Assembly: GCA_965218785.1 (NCBI GenBank)
Contig: OZ244650.1
Location: 1,376,001-1,440,000 of the forward strand
Direction of reading: 5' to 3'
DNA from: Nitrosopumilus sp.
GTDB lineage: Archaea > Thermoproteota > Nitrososphaeria > Nitrososphaerales > Nitrosopumilaceae
DNA length: 64,000 bases
In this document: positions 40,930 to 50,878 of the stretch, in pieces
How the letters are laid out: every line of letters starts with the position of its first letter
Numbering within the stretch: the stretch's first letter is position 1
Translations under genes and position numbers: made by a program
The notes under the pieces: generated by a model
What the model was told of the DNA's origin: nothing
The model's input: only the letters and a program-made list of their open reading frames with translations
Database searches by the model: none

Positions 40930-40974
40930 TCTGGTGGATTCTGGTGATCTGATCACCAAAACGCACCAGAACAG
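40930..40974 (-). repeat. Right terminal inverted repeat
   Basis: Reverse complement CTGTTCTGGTGCGTTTTGGTGATCAGATCACCAGAATCCACCAGA. Confidence 0.9.
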
Positions 40975-41079
40975 TTTGTACCATTCAGGTGATGATGATG
41001 AGACACAAGACTTCGGAGGGTATGGCAGCAGGGCAGGTATCAGCTGATCAAGGATCACATGCAGCAATCCAAAGGGGTG

Positions 41080-41262
41080 TCACCCCATGGTTTCACCAAA
41101 TATTTTCTCGATGCGTGTTGTACCATCACATGATGTGCATTTTGATGATTCTGCAAACAGGACATCGCCGTCAACGAATCTTCTTTTTCTCTGCATTTGA
41201 CATTTTTGGCATATCTCAACTGTATAGTCGATGATGATCTCCTTGTTCTTCCTCCCAAACAT
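41080..41262 (-). CDS. Small zinc-ribbon protein
   Basis: CQKC...CTSC; coupled to the DUF1512 gene. Confidence 0.75.
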   Translation of the reverse strand: MFGRKNKEIIIDYTVEICQKCQMQRKRRFVDGDVLFAESSKCTSCDGTTRIEKIFGETMG

Positions 41263-42395
41263 TACTGTGGCACCCCGGCAGTGTTACCAACGCCGATTAT
41301 CAGTACAGACTGGCCTTCTGTGGTGTTCTCCCGAATCATTTCGTAAACTTGGGAGCGTACCTCGTCGGCCTGATCGGCGATTTCTTTTTTCATCAAGGTG
41401 ATTGCCTCCTTGACTGATTGTTTAATCACGATGGAAAAAACAGGAATCCTGTTGTGTGTTGCAACTGCCTCAATTTGGAACCTGTCAGTTCCAATTCCGC
41501 CAATTGCCGCACCAAAACCCTGTGCAACAGATGCAGAGTCCTCGCCCTCCATTTTCAATGCCGCATCAATCATAATTACCGCATCAATCTTGTTATCAGA
41601 GACGATTGTTTCTAGTGCATCAGCGGGCCGTCCCACCGTAGAAGAGGGTCCCTCTGCCTTTAAAAGAAACAGTTTCCTATTCTCAAATTCAGTCATTGCA
41701 AGGACCGTTTGAAATGCAACGGTCTGTTTTTCACTGTTTAACATCATTCTTCCCACGATCATCGGGCCGATTCCATCACCTACGGGCTGTCCGGCCTTGA
41801 ATGCCGGAATCGCATATCTCATCGCCTCGGCATGTTCTAGTATAAAGGGAAGAAGCATCTGAAGCGGCAGAATCAGCGGATAGTTGTTTTGTTTCTTGGC
41901 AGTCAGATACATGTGGTTGACTATTTTGTAAATAATTTGCAAAGAGGAGGCAATCTCAAGCAGGGTCTGAACCTTGGCCAATTCCAGGTCGTTGATTCCC
42001 GGAAAAATGGATTTTATGTGTTCCCGGGTGTGGTCTTCCCTGGATCTGACAGTATGTTTTACCTTCTCGACGATTCCGCTGGGATCCATATCAACAGGCA
42101 TGATTGTAAAGTAATCCAAAAACCTGTCAATCTTTTTTGCAAAGTCATCCTTGTGGCTCAGATTTTTTTCGGCGTAATTGATCAATTCGGTTTTGGATTC
42201 CTTTCTAAAACCATCAAGTTTCTTTATTGCCTTTTTGATTTCACCAGATGTGACATACAGCTGAATTCTCTGCCCATAAAAAATAAAGAGCACTATTGGA
42301 AGAATCCAGATCAACACCATCAGGGGATTGGTGTCATCGCCCATCCCGAACAGCTGTTCAAAATCAAAATTTATAAAATCCAATAGTGACAACAC
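41262..42395 (-). CDS. DUF1512 family protein
   Basis: PVDMDP.G, GDGIGP, KAEGP, IDAALKMEGE, IGVGNT motifs. Confidence 0.85.
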   Translation of the reverse strand: MLSLLDFINFDFEQLFGMGDDTNPLMVLIWILPIVLFIFYGQRIQLYVTSGEIKKAIKKLDGFRKESKTELINYAEKNLSHKDDFAKKIDRFLDYFTIMPVDMDPSGIVEKVKHTVRSREDHTREHIKSIFPGINDLELAKVQTLLEIASSLQIIYKIVNHMYLTAKKQNNYPLILPLQMLLPFILEHAEAMRYAIPAFKAGQPVGDGIGPMIVGRMMLNSEKQTVAFQTVLAMTEFENRKLFLLKAEGPSSTVGRPADALETIVSDNKIDAVIMIDAALKMEGEDSASVAQGFGAAIGGIGTDRFQIEAVATHNRIPVFSIVIKQSVKEAITLMKKEIADQADEVRSQVYEMIRENTTEGQSVLIIGVGNTAGVPQ

Positions 42396-42524
42396 TTGCC
42401 GGATCTAAATTAAATCATTCGTCTTACAGATATCAAAAACATAAAAAAATCGCACAAAATCCAGAGTAAATCCCAGAATGGCGGCGAGTGCTTTTATTAT
42501 AGCTAAAATATAAAGAAATCTGAA

Positions 42525-43085
42525 ATGCCACAGACAAAACCCATTGTAAGCGTGGAGAACGTTGTAGCATCAGCATCAGTAGATCAAAAGATGGACCTAA
42601 ATGAGATTACCAGAACATTTCCAGACGTAGAATACCATCCTGATCAGTTCCCGGGACTTGTTTTCAGATTAAAAACCCCAAAGACTGCGACGTTGATTTT
42701 TACCTCGGGTAAGATGGTGTGTACTGGTTCCAAATCAGAAGACATGGCAAGAAAGGCGGTAAAAACCGTCGTGCAAAAACTTCGAAAGGGCGGAATCAAG
42801 GTCAAAAAGGATGCAGTAGTTGAGATTCAAAACATCGTAGCTTCAATCAATCTAGGCGGAAAAATCCATTTGGAGCAAGCTGCAAGAACATTGCCGCGAA
42901 GCATGTATGAACCAGAACAGTTTCCAGGGCTCATTCACAGAATGGTTGATCCAAAGACAGTGATTTTGTTATTTTCCTCGGGAAAACTCGTCTGTACTGG
43001 CGCCAAAAAAGAACCGGACGTTTACAGATCCGTAAACAATCTGCATGCGTTACTAGAAGAAAAAGATCTGATGATTTACAATTAA
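42525..43085 (+). CDS. tbp: TATA-box-binding protein
   Basis: Two repeats of ENVVAS/QNIVAS...YEPEQFPGL...SGK.VCTG. Confidence 0.97.
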   Translation: MPQTKPIVSVENVVASASVDQKMDLNEITRTFPDVEYHPDQFPGLVFRLKTPKTATLIFTSGKMVCTGSKSEDMARKAVKTVVQKLRKGGIKVKKDAVVEIQNIVASINLGGKIHLEQAARTLPRSMYEPEQFPGLIHRMVDPKTVILLFSSGKLVCTGAKKEPDVYRSVNNLHALLEEKDLMIYN

Positions 43086-43122
43086 TCAGATGCGTCTTTT
43101 AATCTGGCGTTACACAGTCAGA

Positions 43123-43452
43123 CTATTTGATGGGACTTCCAAGTGGGACCTCACCGTCCACTGTAAGCCAGAACGGTTTGTCATCAACATCTGCTGCCAG
43201 CAGCATTGCATTTGATTCGACTCCGGCCATTTTTTTGGGTTCCAAGTTTGCCACAACTATGACGGTTTTTCCGACGACATCCCCGGGCTGGTAATACTGT
43301 GCGCCGCCAATTATCACATCCCTTTGATCATTTCCCCCCAAATCAATCCGTCCTTTGATGATTCGTGATTTGCCTTCAATGGGCTCAGCAGCGATGATCT
43401 TTGCGACCCGGATATCCAGCCTTGCAAAGTCATCGTATGAGATGTTTGACAT
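43123..43452 (-). CDS. tRNA-binding domain protein (Trbp111/CsaA-like)
   Basis: DDFARLDIRVAKI, VANLEPKKMAGVESNAMLLA motifs. Confidence 0.9.
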   Translation of the reverse strand: MSNISYDDFARLDIRVAKIIAAEPIEGKSRIIKGRIDLGGNDQRDVIIGGAQYYQPGDVVGKTVIVVANLEPKKMAGVESNAMLLAADVDDKPFWLTVDGEVPLGSPIK

Positions 43453-43491
43453 AACAGACCCTGGGTGTTCTCGTTAAAATGAATTTCGAAT

Positions 43492-43707
43492 TTACTGCAG
43501 TTCTTTTTTATCAATTCCGCTAGTTTCAATCTCATATCTTAGAGCTGCTGGAAGTTCCGTGTATTTTTTGTTGACTAGCAGGATGATTTGATCCTCAGGA
43601 ACGTTGACTTTGTTTAATAATTTTCCACGCTGGTGGGCATATGCGTTTTTCCAAAACTTGGGACCATCAAGGGTTTGGATTTTTGGCATGTATTTTGAGG
43701 GTTTCAT
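43492..43707 (-). CDS. Small hypothetical protein
   Basis: Co-oriented ORF upstream of the tRNA-binding gene; real start possibly MPKIQ. Confidence 0.65.
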   Translation of the reverse strand: MKPSKYMPKIQTLDGPKFWKNAYAHQRGKLLNKVNVPEDQIILLVNKKYTELPAALRYEIETSGIDKKELQ

Positions 43708-43860
43708 TTTCTTTCAAATTAGTTGACTGTGATGGAAGAGTGGCAAATGCCATTGGAACTGGAGTTAATGTTCCGGATTTTAGGCATGTTACCCACCACA
43801 GTCTATTTGAATTGGAATGGGAATCTAATATATTTAATGCTAAACGGGTGCCTGTAAGGC

Positions 43861-44298
43861 ATGACTAGAATTGAAGTTGAGGTGGAAATCAGCGCCCCGA
43901 TTGACATGGTGTGGGCCGTTGTTTCAGATATTGATAATGAACCCAGGTTTTGGAAGGGGACAAAAGAGATCAGGAACATCTCAAGAGATGGGAACACGGT
44001 AAACAGGGAGATCATAATAGCGTTCAGGGATCAGAGATGCCTGCAGGAGGTAAGGCTCCAACCCAAGGAGAAGATAGAGATAAGATTCACAAAGGGGATC
44101 ATTGATGGAGAGAAGACGATATCCCTTGTTCCCAAAGAAGGCAAAACAGTACTGCAGACAGTCTGGGACGTAAGGTTAACTGGTATGATGGGAGTATTTA
44201 CCGGAATGATAAAAAAACACATCAAAAGCGGCACGGAGCAGGCAATGAAGAGCATCAAGGAAGAAGTCGAGAGGCAGGTCAATGGAATTAATCATTGA
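43861..44298 (+). CDS. SRPBCC (polyketide cyclase/START-like) family protein
   Basis: EISAPIDMVWAVVSD....PRFW pattern. Confidence 0.85.
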   Translation: MTRIEVEVEISAPIDMVWAVVSDIDNEPRFWKGTKEIRNISRDGNTVNREIIIAFRDQRCLQEVRLQPKEKIEIRFTKGIIDGEKTISLVPKEGKTVLQTVWDVRLTGMMGVFTGMIKKHIKSGTEQAMKSIKEEVERQVNGINH

Positions 44299-45499
44299 CG
44301 TACTCAACTATTCAGTAGCGGCAATTCTAATCGGTGTATGTGGTGCATGGGTATTTCTCATCAAATCAATGACAGATTCATTCAGACTGGCGCCATATCT
44401 TGACAAATTCGAGGATACATCAAAATCAAAATCATCATCACCCATGGTGTCAGTAATTCTTCCTGCAAGAAACGAACAAGAATTTATTGGCAGATGTCTG
44501 GATTCGTTGATTCAGCAGGAATATGAAAACTATGAAGTCATAGTAATTGATGACTCATCAGATGATGCCACATGGAAGATAATTTCAGAGTATGCAGAAA
44601 AATCCCCTAGAATCATCCCCGTCTCTGCAAGACCCAAGCCGGACGGATGGATGGGTAAAAACTGGGCATGTATGGAAGGGTACAGAAAAGCAAAGGGGGA
44701 GCTTTTGTTGTTTACTGATGCAGACACAAGATATTCAGAAAATGTAATATCACTTGCAGTGGCCCACCTGATATCACTTGACCTAGATGCGTTGTCTGTG
44801 ATTCCGAAAATGCTCACGTTTGACTTTTGGACGAGGATTACGCTCCCAATGATCTCCACGTTCTTGCACACCAGATTTTCGGCATTAAATGTCAACAATC
44901 CGGCAAAGAAAACAGGCTACTTTTTTGGAAGTTTCTTCATCTTGAAAAAAGAGACGTACCAGCAGGTGGGAATGCATGAAGGGGTAAAACAGCAAGTCAT
45001 TGAAGACGGCGCATTAGGAGGGAAGGTAAAAGATGCAGGATACAAGATGAGGATGGTAAGAGGCGAGCACCTCATTGATGCTGTCTGGGCAAGGGACAAG
45101 ACCACGCTGTGGTACGGATTGAAGAGGCTGATGGTTCCATTATATCTTCAAAGTGGGAAAATCGCCATCGGGATTTTCTTTGCAGTTACATTTTTGCTGT
45201 TTGTTCCATTTCCGATATTTGCCGCATCAGTGTTGCTGCCAGTGGAGACTGCATCTGCTAGAATGCTTTGTATTGCGGCATCTGCGGCCTCGATTCTAAT
45301 CTACGCGGGGGCAGTAATTGAAACAAGGGTGGGGCTGGGGCTGGGGCTCGTTTATGCGGTATTTGCGCCGCTGGGAGGCCTGGTAGTCGTTTTGGGATTT
45401 CTAAACGGGTTGATTCATGCAAAAGGCGCATCCTCAGTAACATGGAGGGGGCGGGTCTACTCGATGAGGGATCAGACTCAAAACTCGATCAGAGTATAG
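44282..45499 (+). CDS. Glycosyltransferase family 2 (membrane-bound)
   Basis: VSVILPARNE, DDSSDD, GWMGKNWA, FTDAD, IED motifs. Confidence 0.9.
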   Translation: MELIIDVLNYSVAAILIGVCGAWVFLIKSMTDSFRLAPYLDKFEDTSKSKSSSPMVSVILPARNEQEFIGRCLDSLIQQEYENYEVIVIDDSSDDATWKIISEYAEKSPRIIPVSARPKPDGWMGKNWACMEGYRKAKGELLLFTDADTRYSENVISLAVAHLISLDLDALSVIPKMLTFDFWTRITLPMISTFLHTRFSALNVNNPAKKTGYFFGSFFILKKETYQQVGMHEGVKQQVIEDGALGGKVKDAGYKMRMVRGEHLIDAVWARDKTTLWYGLKRLMVPLYLQSGKIAIGIFFAVTFLLFVPFPIFAASVLLPVETASARMLCIAASAASILIYAGAVIETRVGLGLGLVYAVFAPLGGLVVVLGFLNGLIHAKGASSVTWRGRVYSMRDQTQNSIRV

Positions 45500-45536
45500 C
45501 AAACCTTTTACATAGAAAAGATGGGATAACAATCTC

Positions 45537-46733
45537 ATGGACAGATCAGGCGTGTTCGTAGGAGGAGTCATAGGGGCAGTAATGGTGGTAATCGTCTTTA
45601 CAGTGCTAGTCATATCACCTCCAGAATCATTAAGGCCGGCAATCGTTGCAAGCAACGAACAATTGGCAATCGTTGCAAGCAACGAACAATTGGCAATCGT
45701 TGCAGATAACGGACACTTGGCAAATGCGGTAGAAGAGACGGTACCGACTTATACGACAGGTCTGTCGTTAATTGAAATTTTTGAAAGGACCGAGCCGGGG
45801 GTTGTAAGGGTAAACGTACAGAAAGACGCCGGTCCGGACGGTACAGGCGGGGTAGGCTCTGGTTTTGTTTTTGACAAAAAAGGACACATCGCCACAAACG
45901 CCCATGTTGTTGATGATGCTAAAAAAATCTCAGTCACGTTTCTTGATGGGAGATCATACAATGCAGAAATCATCGGCATGGATGACTATACTGATCTTGC
46001 AATAATCAAGGTGGATGTGGATCCGATGTTATTACATCCAATATTAATCGGGGATTCATCGAATCTCAAAGTAGGCGAAGGCATAGCTGCCATTGGAAAT
46101 CCGTTTGGATTGTCAGGTTCGATGACTTCGGGAATAGTAAGTCAGCTGGGAAGACTGCTTCCATCGGGCTCTGGATATTCAATACCGGACATCATCCAGA
46201 CAGATGCGGCCATCAATCCAGGAAATTCAGGCGGCCCATTACTGAATATGCGTGGCGAGGTTGTCGGCATAAACACGGCAATCCAGTCTGCAACGGGTGA
46301 ATTTACCGGAGTGGGATTTGCAGTGCCGTCACAGACAATTGTAAAGATCATACCAACCCTGATTAAAAAGGGCGAATACAAGCACCCATGGATTGGCATA
46401 TCAGGTCTTGATATCAATCCGGACATGGCAAAGGCGTTGGGGTTGAAGGATGCGGTGGGATTTTTGGTCATAACAGTAATAGAAGACAGTCCGGCTTACA
46501 AGGCAGGAATAATAGGTTCAGAAAAGACAGTCGAGGTTGAAGGAACCAGCTATCAAGTGGGAGGCGACATCATCTTGTCCGTAGACGGAATCGAGGTGAG
46601 AAAGATCGACGATATCCTGATACATCTTCAAAGGGCAAAATCCGTCGGAGATGAAATGGTTTTGGAGATCCTAAGGGATAGCAGAACTACAAATATTACA
46701 ATAATTCTCCAAGACAGGCCAAATGTGAATTAG
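45537..46733 (+). CDS. HtrA/DegP-like serine protease with a PDZ domain
   Basis: TNAHVV, DLA, IQTDAAINPGNSGGPL; N-terminal TM. Confidence 0.93.
   Translation: MDRSGVFVGGVIGAVMVVIVFTVLVISPPESLRPAIVASNEQLAIVASNEQLAIVADNGHLANAVEETVPTYTTGLSLIEIFERTEPGVVRVNVQKDAGPDGTGGVGSGFVFDKKGHIATNAHVVDDAKKISVTFLDGRSYNAEIIGMDDYTDLAIIKVDVDPMLLHPILIGDSSNLKVGEGIAAIGNPFGLSGSMTSGIVSQLGRLLPSGSGYSIPDIIQTDAAINPGNSGGPLLNMRGEVVGINTAIQSATGEFTGVGFAVPSQTIVKIIPTLIKKGEYKHPWIGISGLDINPDMAKALGLKDAVGFLVITVIEDSPAYKAGIIGSEKTVEVEGTSYQVGGDIILSVDGIEVRKIDDILIHLQRAKSVGDEMVLEILRDSRTTNITIILQDRPNVN
45638..45718 (+). repeat. In-frame 27-bp tandem repeat (two exact copies plus one diverged)
   Basis: GGCAATCGTTGCAAGCAACGAACAATT x2, encoding AIVASNEQL. 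Confidence 0.9.
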
Positions 46734-47065
46734 CAGCAGTCAAGCCGAGTTCTTTCAGATGAAAAGCCAAAATCGTATGACAGTTAATTGCAGACAAAAT
46801 GATCCCAGGCAGAGTGAATTTTTCACGAATCGTAAAAAAATAGTAAGATCAGCCAAGATCACTATTTTAGAGATAAAAGATGATACTTGGACGTTATATG
46901 ATAAATTCAGGATGCACACGCAGTACCAGTATTAAAAAACCTCATGACACCAGATGGATTATCAATGATCGGCAGGCCAATCCGGAGAAAATTCACATTT
47001 TACCTGTAGATGCGGCAGAACCAATACAATACAAGCATAAATACTTCAAGTCAAGAATCTTTCTG

Positions 47066-48235
47066 TTGAACACGCTTGTGCTCAGTTCTGAGAGTCTAAA
47101 CAACGTTTTGGAAGACAGGGTAATTTCACGCCAAGACATTGTTGAGATTTATCAAAAATCAACAAAGGATCCTCACGAATTATTTTCAGCGGCACGAAAT
47201 TTAAGAAGCAGGTTCAAGGGGGGTTCAGTCACATTCTCCAAAAAAGCGTTCTTTAACATAATCAATTTGTGCAAGGACACCTGCTCGTACTGCACGTACA
47301 AGGCAGAGCCAAAAGAGGCGAAATTATCACTAATGTCAAAACAGCAGATTGCAGAACTGCTACATCTGGCAAAAAAATACGGCTGTGTTGAGGCACTATT
47401 TGTTACAGGTGAGAGACCAGAGCAGAGATACCAGCAGGCTCGCAGCTGGCTTGCCGAAAACGGATTCAAAACGACTGCAGAATATCTAGTTCATGCATCA
47501 GAGATGGCCCTAGAACTGGGATTATTCCCGCATACAAACGCCGGAAATCTCAGTTTTGAAGAGATGAAAGAGCTGAAAAAATCAAATCCATCGATGGGAA
47601 TTATGCTTGAAAATGTCAGCAAGAGACTGACAGAGAAGGGAATGCCGCATTACCTGGCCGAAAGTAAAAATCCAGAAACAAGATTAAAGACGCTAGAAGA
47701 CGCGGGAAGACTTGGAATTCCCATGACGACTGGAATCCTTGTGGGAATTGGAGAGACCATCGAGGAGATAATTGACTCGGTTCTGGCAATAAAACAACTG
47801 CATCAAAGATATGGAAACATTCAGGAAATAATTTTGCAGAATTTTCAGCCCAAGCCAGATACGGGCATGATGAACAAGCCATCAACTAGCGAAGAGTATT
47901 TCAAGACAGTTGTTGCATTATCAAGAATCATGATGCCGGAGATGAACATACAGATTCCCCCAAACTTGTCCCCAGGTTCGTATCAGGATTTCTTATCAGT
48001 TGGAATCAATGACTGGGGAGGCATATCACCGCTGACTCCGGACTTTGTCAATCCGGAATTTTCGTGGCCGGAAATTGACAGCGTGGATGAAAACTCGAAA
48101 AAAGCCGGGTTTGAATTAAAATGCAGGTTTCCAGTATATCCAGAATACGCCTCTTTTCTCAGCAAAGAGCTAAGAGAAAGGATGTCAGTTATTTCAAATG
48201 AGGAGGGGCTGGTAAGGGAGGATTATTGGAGATGA
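47066..48235 (+). CDS. cofG: FO synthase subunit CofG (radical SAM)
   Basis: CKDTCSYC, PHTNAG, IILQNFQPK, QIPPNL, DWGGISP. Likely TTG start at 47066; the ORF-track extension to 46880 is probably spurious. Confidence 0.9.
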   Translation: MNTLVLSSESLNNVLEDRVISRQDIVEIYQKSTKDPHELFSAARNLRSRFKGGSVTFSKKAFFNIINLCKDTCSYCTYKAEPKEAKLSLMSKQQIAELLHLAKKYGCVEALFVTGERPEQRYQQARSWLAENGFKTTAEYLVHASEMALELGLFPHTNAGNLSFEEMKELKKSNPSMGIMLENVSKRLTEKGMPHYLAESKNPETRLKTLEDAGRLGIPMTTGILVGIGETIEEIIDSVLAIKQLHQRYGNIQEIILQNFQPKPDTGMMNKPSTSEEYFKTVVALSRIMMPEMNIQIPPNLSPGSYQDFLSVGINDWGGISPLTPDFVNPEFSWPEIDSVDENSKKAGFELKCRFPVYPEYASFLSKELRERMSVISNEEGLVREDYWR

Positions 48236-49497
48236 CAGCCAACATGGACTCGTTTTTTAAAAACGCGGATCCCGTAATATCTGAAATCCTGGACAGGGCA
48301 TTATCAGAGAAGGAAATTTCTGCAAAAGAGGGACTAGAGCTGTATCATGCAACAGGGGTCGGTTTTCACCTAGTGGGACTTGTCGCCGATGAAATCAGAA
48401 GACGGAGGGTCGGCGATGTGGTATCATATGTAATAAATCGAAACATCAACTTTACAAACGTCTGCATAAAGCAGTGCGGATTTTGCGCATTTAGCAGGGA
48501 TTTTCGAGGAGAGGAGGGGGAGGGATATCTCCTGCCCATCAGCGAGATTGTGCGAAGGGCAAAAGAGGCGCATCAGCTGGGGGCAACTGAAGTCTGCATT
48601 CAGGCAGGACTTCCGCCGGATATGGATGGGGAACTGTACGAAAACATATGCAGGGAGATCAAAAAAGAGATTCCAGACATCCACATTCATGGGTTTTCAC
48701 CCGAAGAGATTCTGTACGGGGCGTCAAGATCAAACGTGTCAATTGAGGAATTTCTAGGGAGGATCAAGGAGGCAGGAGTAGATACGCTTCCAGGCACGTC
48801 TGCGGAAATTCTTGATCAGAAACTAAGGGACAAGATTTCTCCAGGAAGAATCAGCGTAGATGATTGGGAGAAGGTCATCAAGACCGCGCATAAAATGGGA
48901 ATCAATACAACATCAACTATGATGTTCGGACATCTAGAGACACTAGAGGACAGGGTAAGACACATTGCAAAACTAAGGGAGATTCAAAAAGAGACAAAGG
49001 GATTTACGGAATTTGTCCCTCTAAACTTTATTCCATCTGAGGCTCCAATGTACAAGCACAAACTGCATCAAGGAATCAGGGAAGGGGCAAACGGAAACGA
49101 TGTCTTGCTTACCCACGCGATTGCAAGAATAATGCTGAATAATTCAATTGACAATCTGCAGATGTCATGGGTAAAGGAAGGACCAAAGATGTCTCAGCTG
49201 CTTTTGATGTGGGGCGCAAATGATTTTGGAGGAACACTGATCAACGAGAGCATATCAACATCGGCAGGTTCAGAACATGGCCAGTTACTAAGACCAAAGG
49301 AGGTCAGGAGGATGGCAAGGGAGATTGGAAGAATTCCTGCAGAAAGAAATACGGAATATGCCATTCTGAAAAAGTTTGATGGTCTCAACGATGTCGAGGA
49401 CAAGCTTGACGGGGTTGCAGACACATCACAGTTTGGCTCATACATGGAACTAATCAAGATCAATAAATTCAGGTACAAAAATCCAAGGAGTGAATAG
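48226..49497 (+). CDS. cofH: FO synthase subunit CofH (radical SAM)
   Basis: NRNINFTNVC...CGFC, PGTSAEIL, SWVK.G, GANDFGGTL motifs. Confidence 0.92.
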   Translation: MEMTANMDSFFKNADPVISEILDRALSEKEISAKEGLELYHATGVGFHLVGLVADEIRRRRVGDVVSYVINRNINFTNVCIKQCGFCAFSRDFRGEEGEGYLLPISEIVRRAKEAHQLGATEVCIQAGLPPDMDGELYENICREIKKEIPDIHIHGFSPEEILYGASRSNVSIEEFLGRIKEAGVDTLPGTSAEILDQKLRDKISPGRISVDDWEKVIKTAHKMGINTTSTMMFGHLETLEDRVRHIAKLREIQKETKGFTEFVPLNFIPSEAPMYKHKLHQGIREGANGNDVLLTHAIARIMLNNSIDNLQMSWVKEGPKMSQLLLMWGANDFGGTLINESISTSAGSEHGQLLRPKEVRRMAREIGRIPAERNTEYAILKKFDGLNDVEDKLDGVADTSQFGSYMELIKINKFRYKNPRSE

Positions 49498-50859
49498 TTG
49501 TCGGCCTTAGAAAAGGCGTTAAACCACTCAAGGAACGTGGGAATAGACGAATGTGAAATAATTGTCGTAAAAAAGAAAATAACAACCGTAAGAATCACCG
49601 ATTCGGAGATTGCAGAAGTCAAACAAAACTTTGATGAGGATTACGGCATGCGGATAATTCACGATAAAAAAATCGCGTCAGTTGGGACGACCAGCCAGGA
49701 AGACATGGAAAAAGCAATCGATAGCGCATTTGAGACATCCTCAAAGCTCAGGGTGCAGCAGTTCTGGCAGGGACTGCCCCATCAGGCGACATCTGACAGG
49801 CCAATAGATGGCACATTTGATGAACGGTTAGAGAGGATTTCCGGCACGGATGCGATGGATATCGCACAAAATATGATAAATTCGGCAAATAGTGATATGG
49901 TAAGTACGATTACGGGATCATTGAATATAGTTTCAGAAGACGTTGAGATGGTAAATTCAAACGGGCTGGATCTAAATGACAGGGCAACATACATTTCAGG
50001 AATCATTAATGCAGAATCCGAACACGGGTCACTGCCGGTATCGGGGATCGGTCATGCAAGCGGCAGGACACTGGCGAATTTTTCTGCAGAACAGATAGGA
50101 TGTGATGCGCAGATAATGTGCGCAGAGTCTATAAATCCACAAAAGGTTGACTCGGACAGGTATTCCATAATTTTCGAGCCGTACTCGGTGGGGGAACTGT
50201 TGGCATTTGTCGTGGCAGCAAATTTTAACTTTAAAATATTTTCAGAAAAGAAGAGCTGTTTTTCAAATAATTTCGGAGATAAAATTGCAGATGGGCAGTT
50301 TAATCTAATTGATGATCCACACATTCCTGAGGGAATTGGAACAAAATCAGTAGATGATGAGGGGGTAAAAACCCAGAGAAGGCATTTGATAAAAGACGGG
50401 GTTTTTAAAAACACTTTTTCAAACCTGTTTGATGGCTACAAGGAAGGCGGGCAGTCTTCAGGCAATGCATCAAGACCGGGTTCCCCCATGGGAAGAAGCT
50501 CAGATCCGATTCCAATTTCCGCACCTCATAATCTCATAGTCGACACCGGCGGAATTTCCCAGGAGGAGATGATCAAAAATACAAGACATGGATTGCTAGT
50601 TGGGAGGTTGTGGTACACGTATGCAGTAAACCCAATCAGGGGTGATTTTTCATGTACTGCAAGAAGCGGGATAAGAATTATCGAGAACGGGAGGATAAAG
50701 GGTCCTGGAAAATCAGTCAGGATAATACACAATCTTCCCGCCATGATAAAGGATATCTCAGAGATCGGCAATGACCAAAAAAACGTGATTCAGTGGGCGT
50801 CGCTTCCATCAGTTGCACCGTCAATCAGGGTTGAAAACATCAGGGCAGACCCCATTTAA
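49498..50859 (+). CDS. TldD/PmbA family protein
   Basis: DDP...DDEG, SGNA.R, NPIRGDFS motifs. Confidence 0.88.
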   Translation: MSALEKALNHSRNVGIDECEIIVVKKKITTVRITDSEIAEVKQNFDEDYGMRIIHDKKIASVGTTSQEDMEKAIDSAFETSSKLRVQQFWQGLPHQATSDRPIDGTFDERLERISGTDAMDIAQNMINSANSDMVSTITGSLNIVSEDVEMVNSNGLDLNDRATYISGIINAESEHGSLPVSGIGHASGRTLANFSAEQIGCDAQIMCAESINPQKVDSDRYSIIFEPYSVGELLAFVVAANFNFKIFSEKKSCFSNNFGDKIADGQFNLIDDPHIPEGIGTKSVDDEGVKTQRRHLIKDGVFKNTFSNLFDGYKEGGQSSGNASRPGSPMGRSSDPIPISAPHNLIVDTGGISQEEMIKNTRHGLLVGRLWYTYAVNPIRGDFSCTARSGIRIIENGRIKGPGKSVRIIHNLPAMIKDISEIGNDQKNVIQWASLPSVAPSIRVENIRADPI

Positions 50860-50878
50860 TGCCGGATTCAGGCACGGA

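Larger units (their letters stand above)
38680..40974. mobile_element. Putative non-autonomous transposable element (45-bp TIRs, TTTGTA target duplication) with three cargo genes
   Basis: Inverted repeats 38680-38724 and 40930-40974 match at 41/45. TTTGTA lies at 38674-38679 and 40975-40980. The interior is AT-rich and sits between core genes map and the DUF1512 operon. Confidence 0.75.

Noticed and set aside
45638-45718. Palindromic 27-bp repeats resembling CRISPR repeats
   Set aside because: No spacers; an in-frame duplication within htrA.
46880-47065. N-terminal extension of CofG
   Set aside because: Looks like an open intergenic frame; the family-like sequence begins near 47066.
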